From contig OZ243938.1 in NCBI GenBank assembly GCA_965214095.1, positions 1,920,001 to 1,984,000 on the forward strand: a DNA stretch of 64,000 bases. Reading direction: 5' to 3'. Made by a program: the position numbers and the translations under genes. The notes below the pieces were generated by a model that was not told the DNA's origin, did not search any database, and saw only the letters and a program-made list of their open reading frames with translations. Within the stretch, counting starts at the first letter, position 1, and the number at the start of each line of letters is the position of its first letter. The stretch comes from Candidatus Poribacteria bacterium. GTDB taxonomy: Bacteria > Poribacteria > WGA-4E > WGA-3G. Of the stretch, positions 30,506 to 40,568 are shown one piece after another.

Positions 30506-30690
30506 TGCTCAATATCTGCTTGTTTCAGAACGCTTTTGCGTGTGCCTATCGGGACATCTTTGCCCATTTTACCGGGAATTGTCACTTTGCCTTTTTTTGT
30601 TGGATGTTTAAATTGCTGATGACTGCCTTTCGTCTTTATATAATACCACCCATCATCTTCAATCAGTTTTATGAGTTCTCTTACCTTCAT
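30502..30690 (-). CDS. hicA: HicA mRNA interferase toxin
   Basis: IEDDGW, KGSHQQFKHPTKKGKVTIP, GT..SVLKQA; ATGA overlap with the partner gene. Confidence 0.93.
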   Translation of the reverse strand: MKVRELIKLIEDDGWYYIKTKGSHQQFKHPTKKGKVTIPGKMGKDVPIGTRKSVLKQADIEQ

Positions 30691-30785
30691 AAACGCAGCC
30701 TTCCGGCATTCCTACACCTGCACGTTAAACAGATACAATAGCACGTAACGCTTGCAAATCTCAATCATTTTGCTGTGTGATAATA

Positions 30786-30814
30786 ATCTTAACATATACA
30801 ATTTCGTTTGTCAA
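30786..30814 (-). promoter_or_regulatory. Sigma70 promoter of hicA
   Basis: TTGACA-17-TAAGAT with extended -10 TG. Confidence 0.7.
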
Positions 30815-30830
30815 GAAAAATTGAAAATCC

Positions 30831-32123
30831 TCATACGTCCATCTCCTCAATTAGTGGCACAGCAGACCGTTGTCCTGTCATCAGTTCATCCAGCATGGCG
30901 TGGAATAGCTCGTCTATAAGCTCAATTTCTCGTTCAAGGGCTGCTGTTTTATCATCTATTGCTCGGAAAATGTTGGCGATGGTGTGTTGTTCGGTAAGTG
31001 GGGGTAGTGGAATTTCTAAGTTTACAAGTGCTTCTTTGTTTAACCGCTGGCGACCAGTCGTGCCCTGCATTTTCCCCGCCAGCGATGTGCGTACGGTTGG
31101 AAGCAATAAGTAATAGAAAAGGAATGATATATCGCTAACACCTTCAACTTCCCGAATTGGAATTACTTCGGTTGTAGCAATACCAAATGGTGTTGGCAAA
31201 TTCTTAAAAATACACTGTTTCCCGTTTTCAAAAGATGGTGTAATTTTGGCAAGAAGAATGTCTCCAAGTTCAAAGTAAGTTCCACTCTTTAGTTCATCAT
31301 TCGTTTTTAGAATGAAATCTTCAGAATAATGTTTGGCAATTGGAATCAACTCCATTGGGACAAATGGTATTTCTTTATATTCTGAATATCGTAGGTCCTT
31401 TGGTTTCTTTGTAAATATAACCGTATCCAACAATCTCATAACTTCCCAACTCTCAGGTATCTCACCAATTTCTGTCTGTTTGCGGGGTTCGTCCTTCGTG
31501 CCGTGAGAAAAGAGAAAATCCATCAATGCTGCTTTGCGTTCGCGTTCTAATTCAATTTCGCGTTGTCGGGTGAACTTTGCTTCTTGGATTGTGTGTAGGA
31601 TGTGGGCAATGGCGCGTTGTTCGGGGAATGGGGGCAGGGGAATTGTCGTGTCTTTGTAATCTTGAAACATCAAGTTTCTAATTCCAGTTGTCCTTTGTTG
31701 TAGTTGCCGAGTTTTTCCAGAGTCATGAAAATATAAGAGATACAAAAAGAGATAAAATGGGTGGACTTTCTTCTTATCAATAATCCTTAAGCGACTTGTG
31801 AAATTACTAAAACAGTATTGTCCATCATTAATGTTAAAAAACACGACCCTACCAACAGGTTGTTTTGGACCTCCACCAGACCGCTCAATAACAATATCAC
31901 CCCATTTCAGTTTTTTCTTGGCTAAATACCTCTGTTCTATAGGTAAGACTGCTACATCTGTTAAGTCAAGGTATCCATCGCTGGTGAAATTAGTGTTTCT
32001 TACAACAGCACATTCCTCAAACGGCTCTTTTTTTCCTTTCCAAATACCACTTTCAAAACTGAATAAATCTTGATTTGATAACTTTATCAATTCCCAATGA
32101 TCAGGCAAATTCATTTCATGCAT
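30831..32123 (-). CDS. hsdS: Type I R-M specificity subunit
   Basis: Two TRDs, two IPLPP..EQ..IA motifs, GEIPESWE linker. Confidence 0.95.
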   Translation of the reverse strand: MHEMNLPDHWELIKLSNQDLFSFESGIWKGKKEPFEECAVVRNTNFTSDGYLDLTDVAVLPIEQRYLAKKKLKWGDIVIERSGGGPKQPVGRVVFFNINDGQYCFSNFTSRLRIIDKKKVHPFYLFLYLLYFHDSGKTRQLQQRTTGIRNLMFQDYKDTTIPLPPFPEQRAIAHILHTIQEAKFTRQREIELERERKAALMDFLFSHGTKDEPRKQTEIGEIPESWEVMRLLDTVIFTKKPKDLRYSEYKEIPFVPMELIPIAKHYSEDFILKTNDELKSGTYFELGDILLAKITPSFENGKQCIFKNLPTPFGIATTEVIPIREVEGVSDISFLFYYLLLPTVRTSLAGKMQGTTGRQRLNKEALVNLEIPLPPLTEQHTIANIFRAIDDKTAALEREIELIDELFHAMLDELMTGQRSAVPLIEEMDV

Positions 32124-35100
32124 TACGAATCTCCGAATGCTTTTTGGATGTCGTGATATGTTTTAACTTCCTGAAAATTTTCATACGGATCATTGGGATT
32201 TTGGGATACTTGATGTCTATTTCCCCATATTACCCAAATTAATTCACCACCTACTTCTGTTAAAAACCTATCTAATAAATCTTTGCGTAGATATGTAAAG
32301 TGCTGTACGTTTCCCCATATTTCGCCATCTCGAAAACTTATTGAAGCCCGTTTACCGTTTACTTTCTCAAAAAGATCAAAACTTTGAGGATGTCCATATA
32401 GGTCTAAACTGTCTGCAATCTCCCTCGCTGGTATAGCAATTGACCGATGTGGATTTGCTGCACTACAAGATTCCTCCCAACAGTTATCTCTTACCGGTAC
32501 CAATGCCTCAAATTGTTGATATTTGGGTTGCTCTACTTCAACCATTTTTTTCTCTATTTTAAGATTTTGTTCACTTAAACGTGCTTTAAGTATTTCCTCA
32601 TCCTCTATTTCAATTAGATCCGGTGCACTATGCCAAAATTGAAATTCCTCATATAAGGATATAGGTTCCCCATCCCTAAGCAGCTCCAACTGTTCGTGGA
32701 GAACAATATCCTTTTCTATTTCAAACGAAAAATCTTCCCATCCGTTTGTTGGAAAAGTATCACTCCAGGGTATTTCTCCTGCATAAGTTCGATAGTCCTC
32801 TGGGATAAATGGTGCGGTGTGTCCGTCAATATTCTCTTGTCTATTCAAGATATCAACAATTTCCTCAACTTCATCAGATTTTACAATCAATCCTTGCAAC
32901 CAAACAAACATACTACGGTTGACCTGTTTATCTTCTTGGCTTAGGTATCCCTGCAAAAGCACCCAAGAACCTTGTTCTTCACAAAGTTGGTCAACATTCA
33001 AATACGGTGTTAAATCTGGGTGCGGTGTCTTCAATACCCATTGTTCTGTAGATCCTTCACGATCACCTAAATAATCTTCTTTGACTAAATTATACTCACG
33101 GTGTTCATCGGGAAAACTTGGATCAATATCTGCCCCTGAAATACGACCTTCGTCATAGCGATCCGGTAATAAATTGTTATCTTGCCGAAATCCTGCAAGC
33201 TCAAAAAAAGCAATCCACGAGTATTTTTTGCCGTACCTGTCTATTTTTCTGCCATCTCCCGATCTAGCAAACTTTCTATAGTTGCCTTCTGCAAGCCAGC
33301 CATCAATTTCTCCAAAACTTTCCAATGAAAATCCTAAATCGTATATCCTCCAGCGAATATTTGCTACAACACGCTTGTATTCGGGATGTTTGTTATTATA
33401 GGGTGCTCTACCTTTTACTAATGTTCCAAGTGTGTAATTCTCAAAATCCATCTGTAATGGAGCAGGACCTTTTTCATATTCACCTTTATTCTTATTTTCA
33501 CTTTCACCCCAATCTCGTATGCCACCATCTGTAAAAGGTGGTTTTATACGTAACTTTTCGTCATCTGTTAGTAAGTCAGGTTTATGTATCAACGCTATGT
33601 CAATAGTTCGTTTTGCATAATCACGTGCTAATATATGCGTTGTTGCATACGGAGCGTTAGGTTCAAATATGCTTTCATACAATTGTTTTGCATATTTAGG
33701 TAACATTTCATTTACAAAACTGGTATCATCAAAATCGTTTTGCCGTGCCATTGCAATCCCATAAGTTGCAGCTAACATCCGTTCAGGAACATAAGGATCG
33801 TTAATAGTGAAAGATTTAAGGACTAAATCAAAAAACTCATTGGGGAAACGTCTACCATACCAATAAAGAGCGCGTGTTGCTATATCACGTAATGGCCTGA
33901 CTGTTGACGTAAATATCCACATAATGTATTCTGCTAAAAGATGTAGACGTTCTTCTGATACGTCTTGAGCGTTTCGGCAAGTTTTTTCAAAACGTATTAC
34001 TATCTCTTCAAAACTATAACGGTTACGCCGGACATATTCTGTCCAGCTCAGGTCTCGTTCTGACATAGACAGTCCCAAAAGTCGTTCTGACCAAAACGAA
34101 GCATTGAACGGATGATTGGGGTGTCCAACGGTAGTTTCTGCTAACTGAAAGAACGTTTTTCGGTTCTCAGGCACTTCAAAGAGGGTGACGATTAGATTAA
34201 TACACTTTTCGTTTATATTTCTTGGGGAAATTTCAAACAAAGCGCATATTGATAGACCCAATATCTTTTCATTATTTGAAAGCTCGTGCAGAAAATGCCC
34301 TGTCTTGGCTGGTAAGAGTGCAGCCAGACATCTGCTAATGTCTTCGTGCATTGGATGTAAGGTTTGGTGGTCTTCACTAAATAATGCTCCTACTACCTCC
34401 TCACTATTTATGTATCCTTGCACATCGCCATCAGCTTTTTCAAGCAAATATTTGGCAATGAGATAACCTCCGAGTAGGTCGTAGGTAAAATGCATTACTT
34501 CACCAACACCTGTCCAATCTCGATAGACTAACAACCCTTCACTTTCTATGGCATGCGTTTTTGATGACGGCCAATCCAAATGTTCACGGGGTTGATCGTC
34601 TACAATACGGACCAATTCCTCAAAAGGGATCTCGCGACTGCTATGTTGCCACAAGTACTCCGCCATCTTGTTTAAGGCTGACTGAATTATAATTGTTTTT
34701 GGATGACGCTTCAGACGATCGCATATTGCTTTGTTGCATTGCTCCAGATACTCCTCAAAAACTTCAAATAGTGTTTCTTCACCTACATAAATTTCTTTCT
34801 CAATCTCACGTTCACGATTTTTGGTTTCACAGAAAATCTTAAGGAAGATAGGATGTCCAAACTGGCTCAATGATGCCAACGTAAGATTAGCAGTAATTTT
34901 GTACGCTTTGAAGTACTTTTTAACTGCAGGCTCTACCTCCTCGGATGGATTAAAACCGTCGGCATAAGTCAAATTTAGTGAATCCTTATCTTTCCAAATT
35001 ATCTTTCCCCGAATGATATCTTCTCGTGGACTCACCTCTTTCCAAATTGCATCTTTATAGCTCGTGCGACAAGTTGTAATTAACACAAGGTTCTCTGTTT

Positions 35101-36520
35101 GTACAATCTCTTGAACAAATCCTTTTAGTCCAAAGTCCCATATATTTGAAAAAGTCCCGTTATGTACCGATTCATTAAGTCCATCAATTATCAACGGAAT
35201 ACGGGTATGGTATGCTTCAGCAGCGGCTGATAGTGCTTGCAAAAAGTCGTGCCAACTATAGGATGGCGGAATGTCAAGAAGCTCTCGCAACTGAACTTCA
35301 ACTGCTTGATCGGTCCTAAATTGGCTTCCACGAACAAATAGTGCGGGTAATCCGTTTTTCAATCGGTCTTCACAGATATTGCAAGCGATGTGCGTTTTGC
35401 CAATTCCAGCATCCCCAAGGATATGCAGATCCGACTCGTTGATAAGTCCGAGTTGCCAGATTACAGATGGAAAAAATTCATCCATTAATCTGGCAACTAA
35501 GTTATCCGGTCCATGAACAATCGTGCTTGCATAGTTTAAAACTTGATCTTCATATTGCTTTTCAGTAGTACACTTCATCTTTGTTGGGCCAGATTCCCTC
35601 ACAACCTCTCCATAGGCATCAAAAGTTTTGTGAAGCTGATCAAGTGTAAACCTCCAATCTATAGACTGCACCTTTGAGAAGTCTTTTTCAACCAAAAGAT
35701 CTCCTGTTTGTTTCAACTGTATATTGATGTTTAGCAAGAAATCTTGAAGTGATTCAGCTGCCTTGATGACCTTAGACCTTTCTTCTCCATCCCATTCAAT
35801 ATACGGAATTGGAGAATTGATCTTATTAATCGCATCCTTTAAATCTGTGAGTTCTTCTTCAAGTTTTACATTCCATTGATCAATCTGTTGCACAAATGCT
35901 TTATCACCTAAAAGCGCGTGAATTTCAGCATCTACGTTAGTTTCGGTATGCAATGACGAATCAAATTTTTCACCCACGCCAGCCATCTGTTTGTCAAAAT
36001 GTGTTTTAAACCATTCAAGATCAAGTTCCAACTCACCGAAAAAATAGTGCCGTTTTCCACTAAAGCGAGATTTACTCATCCAGTCGTTGAAGTCACTGTC
36101 TCCCCAGTGTTCAAGATCGACATCCATATTCGGTGGAATCGACTGTCGAAGCGTGTTATCAAACCAAACCTGCTCGCCTTGACTTCTCCCCTTTCTGGGC
36201 GTAAAATTAGTGGGCGTACACAAAATCCATTTTTTCAGGTGTGGATGCACTTCACAGGCTTTTTTTAGTGATTTTTTGATTGATTGCTTACGACTATTGT
36301 TCAAGCGTTTATCAGGAAAGTAAAACTTGGCTTGCCAGCCCCATTCGTCTCCGTTTTCCAAGGTCAGATAGAATTCTACTCCGTCACCACCGCCACTATC
36401 GTCTATGGAAGTAAAACGTCCTTCATCTCCATGTAGTCCTTTTGCGATTTGATAACATAATTCCTCAAAACTTCGGTATTTATTGTTTTCATAGGGTTTG
36501 AGTTCTGACCAATCAATCAT
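32123..36520 (-). CDS. Avs (AVAST)-like antiviral STAND NTPase with an N-terminal restriction-like nuclease domain
   Basis: FEELCYQ..GDGVEF..GWQAKF; Walker A GDAGIGKT; Walker B LIIDGLNE; NDPYVPERMLAA, RYGKKYSWIA; 1465 aa. Confidence 0.8.
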   Translation of the reverse strand: MIDWSELKPYENNKYRSFEELCYQIAKGLHGDEGRFTSIDDSGGGDGVEFYLTLENGDEWGWQAKFYFPDKRLNNSRKQSIKKSLKKACEVHPHLKKWILCTPTNFTPRKGRSQGEQVWFDNTLRQSIPPNMDVDLEHWGDSDFNDWMSKSRFSGKRHYFFGELELDLEWFKTHFDKQMAGVGEKFDSSLHTETNVDAEIHALLGDKAFVQQIDQWNVKLEEELTDLKDAINKINSPIPYIEWDGEERSKVIKAAESLQDFLLNINIQLKQTGDLLVEKDFSKVQSIDWRFTLDQLHKTFDAYGEVVRESGPTKMKCTTEKQYEDQVLNYASTIVHGPDNLVARLMDEFFPSVIWQLGLINESDLHILGDAGIGKTHIACNICEDRLKNGLPALFVRGSQFRTDQAVEVQLRELLDIPPSYSWHDFLQALSAAAEAYHTRIPLIIDGLNESVHNGTFSNIWDFGLKGFVQEIVQTENLVLITTCRTSYKDAIWKEVSPREDIIRGKIIWKDKDSLNLTYADGFNPSEEVEPAVKKYFKAYKITANLTLASLSQFGHPIFLKIFCETKNREREIEKEIYVGEETLFEVFEEYLEQCNKAICDRLKRHPKTIIIQSALNKMAEYLWQHSSREIPFEELVRIVDDQPREHLDWPSSKTHAIESEGLLVYRDWTGVGEVMHFTYDLLGGYLIAKYLLEKADGDVQGYINSEEVVGALFSEDHQTLHPMHEDISRCLAALLPAKTGHFLHELSNNEKILGLSICALFEISPRNINEKCINLIVTLFEVPENRKTFFQLAETTVGHPNHPFNASFWSERLLGLSMSERDLSWTEYVRRNRYSFEEIVIRFEKTCRNAQDVSEERLHLLAEYIMWIFTSTVRPLRDIATRALYWYGRRFPNEFFDLVLKSFTINDPYVPERMLAATYGIAMARQNDFDDTSFVNEMLPKYAKQLYESIFEPNAPYATTHILARDYAKRTIDIALIHKPDLLTDDEKLRIKPPFTDGGIRDWGESENKNKGEYEKGPAPLQMDFENYTLGTLVKGRAPYNNKHPEYKRVVANIRWRIYDLGFSLESFGEIDGWLAEGNYRKFARSGDGRKIDRYGKKYSWIAFFELAGFRQDNNLLPDRYDEGRISGADIDPSFPDEHREYNLVKEDYLGDREGSTEQWVLKTPHPDLTPYLNVDQLCEEQGSWVLLQGYLSQEDKQVNRSMFVWLQGLIVKSDEVEEIVDILNRQENIDGHTAPFIPEDYRTYAGEIPWSDTFPTNGWEDFSFEIEKDIVLHEQLELLRDGEPISLYEEFQFWHSAPDLIEIEDEEILKARLSEQNLKIEKKMVEVEQPKYQQFEALVPVRDNCWEESCSAANPHRSIAIPAREIADSLDLYGHPQSFDLFEKVNGKRASISFRDGEIWGNVQHFTYLRKDLLDRFLTEVGGELIWVIWGNRHQVSQNPNDPYENFQEVKTYHDIQKAFGDS

Positions 36521-36524
36521 TGTC

Positions 36525-38159
36525 TTAATCTTCCTTGTTCAATCCAAGTTGCATGAGTACTTCTTCCAATGCGTTATCCGCTTTTTCGCGAGCAATACGC
36601 GCCTCTGTTAAGTCTGCCAAAATTTCATTCATTGGACGGTGTTCAACTTTATCACCGACATCTACAAACTGAGAGGGACTTAGGTTGTAATCGGTTTTCT
36701 GTGCCTCTTCAAGTGTAATAACGTTGCTTAACTTTTCACGCGATTCCCATGATTCATAGACTTCAGTGGCTGCTTTAATTCCATCATCAGTTAGGACGTT
36801 TTTCGGTTTTCCCTTTTCAAAATGCTGGGATAGGTTGATAAGTAGGATCTGATCTCTACGTTCTTCCGGTTTGTTGCGGTTTAGCAGCAATATAATGCCC
36901 GGTGCGTTTGTGTTATAAAATAGATTTTCGGGTAGCAGGACAACACCATCAATCAGGTCTTTTTCAACAAACTTTTTACGTATATCACGCTCGCGGCTGG
37001 TCTGCTTTGCACCAGAACCGCGGGAGACTGCGCCAGTGTCAAGGACAATCGCTGCACGTCCGTTATCTTTCAGAGAAGCGAGCATGTGCTGTACCCATGC
37101 CCAATCTGCAGAGGAACTTGGTGGATTTCCGTGAGAAAATCGGTTCCAACTATCGTTATCATAGAAATCTTCATCGTATTCCTTCTGATTCCACATCGGA
37201 TTTGCTACCACATAGTCAAAACGTTGGAGTTTTGAATTATCGGAAACAAAACGGGGATTGCGGAAAGTGTCTCCTATCCGAATATCCGCGCCGATAAAAT
37301 CGTGTAGAAAAGCGTTCATCTTTGCCATCGCGTAGGTGGTAGGGGTTAATTCTTGTCCGTAGATGCGGGGTGCTTGGCTTTTTTCGTCTGGGTGCGTTTC
37401 ATCAAATTGTAACCGACCTTTGATAAGTAGGCCACCTGATCCGCATGCTGGATCGTAGATAGTGGAATAGGGTTCGGGGTTAAGCAGTTTTGCCATTAAC
37501 CATCCAACCTCTTTTGGTGTGTAGAACTCGCCTGCGCTCTGTCCTTGTCCTTCTGCGAATTTCCGTAATAGATACTCATAAGCACGTCCTAGAATATCCG
37601 GTTCTGCATCTTCAAGTCCCAGCCGATGTTCACTTATAACTTCAATCAGTTTCTCAAGGCGTTGGTCGTCAATAAGTCGTTGTCCGCTTTGTGTTTCGCT
37701 AAAATCTTCTACATTAATCACGCCTTCTAAGCGCGGGTTTATCTTTGCCACCTCTTGCATTGCGTCAGTTACAAACTGTCCTAACCGCCCATCCGCGGGC
37801 TGGTTTCGGAGTGCTTCCCAACTATACTCTTGTGGAATATAGAAACGGACAATCGGGTTGCGCTCAGATTTAAGTGCGTCCTCATGGTCTGCTTCAATTA
37901 TCTCTCGTGCTAATTCTTCATCACCGTACTCCGTTTTCTGTTTTTGGAATTCGTCATCAAACACATCGGAGAGTCGTTTATAGAAGATTAGCGGTAAGAT
38001 GAAATCCTTGAATTTAGGTGCATCGGTTGTACCGCGTATCACACACGCAGCATCCCATAGCCATGTTTCAAGTGTGGAAATGTCTAAATGTGCGTCGTTA
38101 TCGGGTTCCAGCAGGAGTGTGGTTTGTGCGGTTTCGTTTGGGGTTTTGTTTTTTGACAA
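36525..38159 (-). CDS. hsdM: Type I R-M N6-adenine methyltransferase
   Basis: LWDAA, GEFYTP, DPACGSGG, ANPMW, LFYNT. Confidence 0.95.
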   Translation of the reverse strand: MSKNKTPNETAQTTLLLEPDNDAHLDISTLETWLWDAACVIRGTTDAPKFKDFILPLIFYKRLSDVFDDEFQKQKTEYGDEELAREIIEADHEDALKSERNPIVRFYIPQEYSWEALRNQPADGRLGQFVTDAMQEVAKINPRLEGVINVEDFSETQSGQRLIDDQRLEKLIEVISEHRLGLEDAEPDILGRAYEYLLRKFAEGQGQSAGEFYTPKEVGWLMAKLLNPEPYSTIYDPACGSGGLLIKGRLQFDETHPDEKSQAPRIYGQELTPTTYAMAKMNAFLHDFIGADIRIGDTFRNPRFVSDNSKLQRFDYVVANPMWNQKEYDEDFYDNDSWNRFSHGNPPSSSADWAWVQHMLASLKDNGRAAIVLDTGAVSRGSGAKQTSRERDIRKKFVEKDLIDGVVLLPENLFYNTNAPGIILLLNRNKPEERRDQILLINLSQHFEKGKPKNVLTDDGIKAATEVYESWESREKLSNVITLEEAQKTDYNLSPSQFVDVGDKVEHRPMNEILADLTEARIAREKADNALEEVLMQLGLNKED

Positions 38160-38312
38160 GGGAGATGCTCCTTCGGTTTTCTATTAGTGAATTATAGCAT
38201 CAAATTCAAATATTATCTAATGTTTTTAGTTATGTATCAGGGCTTTTTAGTTTTATAAATTGCCAGTTGATGAGTTTTGCTAAGAGTTAGGTTTGAATTG
38301 TAGCGATGCATA

Positions 38313-38379
38313 GTAGTAGGCACACGCCGTATGCCGTAATTTCCTCTCAGGTGAACGGCACGCGGAGCGTGCCTACTAC
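38313..38379. repeat. Inverted GTAG-REP-like doublet
   Basis: gtagtaggcac...tgccgt / acggca...gtgcctactac. Confidence 0.75.
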
Positions 38380-38613
38380 CATGATGGATTCGCACTTAAC
38401 TTGATCTACAATACATTAACGGCTACGGTATTGGTTTTAATTGGTGGATTGCCTGATGTTTTACAAGTTTCTAATCTGAGAAATCTGTGTAATTCAGTGT
38501 TAATCCGCTATTACGTGCACCAAAGTTTTCACTTGAAAATAAAAATGGACGTTTGGTATACTCAATATACAATTTAAACCGGCAAAATTGCGATTGTGAG
38601 AGGAGGCAGATAT

Positions 38614-39678
38614 ATGAAATGGGAAGGTAGAGAAGCATTCATTTACACAGAACCTGTTAGTGAATTAAAAAAGTGGATTCCATCCTTTGATAGGGTGCCA
38701 TTCAAACTGCATAATGGTGGCACCAATAAATACCTTGACAATATTATACGCCAATCGCTCAGTACTGATGCTGAGTTTATTAGAGATCGTCAGGACATAC
38801 CCGTAGGTGTTGCTACCAAGCGATACCATCTTTTTCAACATCAGGACGTATTCCAAGCATTAGTCGGCGGATTGAGATTATCAAAGTTATCTGATACTGA
38901 TATACAGTCGCTTGTAGCCACTTTGAAAATAAAAGAATATGGAGAATCTATGTGGGTGAGTTTCACATTAGCCAACCACCAATTAAACGAAGCCTCCCAT
39001 TTTCCATTTTTATTGGAAGTTAGCGGTTTAAACACAGTTCTTGCTGGAAAAGCTTTAGATGTTCGATTAAGTTGGTATGAACCGCAATACAGAACAAGAA
39101 TACCTTTCGGTATGTTAACTCGACAAGAGGTAAAATTTAAAAAGATAAGTATCAAAAAAGCGAAAGCGTTAGACTCAGTAGCATTCACTGATGAAATAAT
39201 ATCATTTTTGCTTACACATTTCGATATCATTTCAGGCGAGAGGGAACTATACAATCGGTGGATAAATGCAGAGGTAAGCCAGCATACATTGGCAGGTTGG
39301 ATAGATATGACTGTTAAGAACAAATGGAATTATGAATTGGCAGCAAGAGCATACAATATCGCGATAAATGGATACGATATCCAAGTTAAAAAGTTAGCAG
39401 ATAATGATAACGACCAAGACACTGAGAGGCGAAAAAAGTATTCAAACCCCTCACAACTTACCCGATATCTTCCCGCACCGCGCTTTTATGAGCGAAAAAA
39501 GGATGCGCCAGCAAAATTCGCACCGGCCAGAAACGCATTTGATGTTAGTTTAGCCCTGAGTTGGTTATTAAGTCAACAAAACACCATACCGAAGCAATTA
39601 AAATGGGTTGAGATCCCAGAACTAATGGAAGCGTTAGTAGCTGCAGATGAAAAACTTCGGTTTTCTTTGAAAGCTTAG
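38614..39678 (+). CDS. DUF932-like protein
   Basis: PVGVATKRYHLFQHQDVF, EYGESM, NAFDVS pattern; TTGAAA-18-TATACT promoter at 38533-38562. Confidence 0.6.
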   Translation: MKWEGREAFIYTEPVSELKKWIPSFDRVPFKLHNGGTNKYLDNIIRQSLSTDAEFIRDRQDIPVGVATKRYHLFQHQDVFQALVGGLRLSKLSDTDIQSLVATLKIKEYGESMWVSFTLANHQLNEASHFPFLLEVSGLNTVLAGKALDVRLSWYEPQYRTRIPFGMLTRQEVKFKKISIKKAKALDSVAFTDEIISFLLTHFDIISGERELYNRWINAEVSQHTLAGWIDMTVKNKWNYELAARAYNIAINGYDIQVKKLADNDNDQDTERRKKYSNPSQLTRYLPAPRFYERKKDAPAKFAPARNAFDVSLALSWLLSQQNTIPKQLKWVEIPELMEALVAADEKLRFSLKA

Positions 39679-39934
39679 GAAACCTTGTTCAAATGACCTA
39701 ACAGAAAATGGTTGTGTAGGGTTTGGGAAACCTAACAACTGAATATAAAAAAAGCATTGAAGATTTTGAACAGAAAACCGGTATTCAGTTGCCAGAAGAC
39801 ATCGTCGCACTGCTAACCCACCCGTAGGTTTAGATGTACTAAATCTGTTTGTTTAGTAGGTTGTCTGAGGTTACGGACTTTAATCCTCAAATTAGAATTT
39901 ACCTGTTGAGAGAATAAATCAAGATTGTCTGAAC

Positions 39935-40288
39935 CAGGATTTTTAGATTTTCAGGATTTTTAGATTTTCAGGATTGGGAGTTTCTATTATCTGAGTGCAT
40001 TGCATAAGATAGACTTTTCTGAATATATACCTGTCGCCCCGCTGGGGCTTTGTATGTGTGAGTTGCACGTTTCTATACACCTTCCGCACCGCTGGTGCTA
40101 TACACAAATACCATTTAGATTTATACCATTATCTGGCATTTATAGTAAAACTTGCAATTAATGAAACATATTGTCCCAATTGCCTATTCAAATAATGTCC
40201 GAGGCGCAATGAATTGCGCGACTACAAACGCGTTTTTCTAAATGTAAAGTGTATTGTTAATTTCAAATTTCACTATAAATAACCCTGG
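39935..40288. repeat. Intergenic mosaic of repeat families
   Basis: Tandem caggatttttagatttt; gccccgctggggc pair at ~40030-40100; TATAGT...ACTATA element at 40141-40277 with a gcgcaatgaattgcgcgactac hairpin; aaataaccctg end. Confidence 0.7.
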
Positions 40289-40568
40289 TTATGTATTATG
40301 TCACCTTTATCTGTGTTCAATATGTGAACAGAGATGTTCAAATTCTTACCAAATCTCTTAGCAATCAATAACCAAATTGTGGTTGAAAACGAAATTGACG
40401 ACAATTCCGATTGGTATCATTCTTGCACATACTTATGATATAGATCGGACATCTATTTTGCAAACAAAACACCTTGATAATATGTTTGAAAAATGCTAAA
40501 ATCTTATCTATAAGTTCTACTACGAAATTGTTTATATAAATAAAGTACAAGCGAAAAGGATAGAGAAA

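Noticed and set aside
23869-39678. Prophage or ICE
   Set aside because: No integrase, structural, replication or conjugation genes, and no att repeats seen
39679-40568. Hidden gene or tRNA in the long intergenic region
   Set aside because: Largely explained by repeat fragments; no convincing ORF or cloverleaf found by eye
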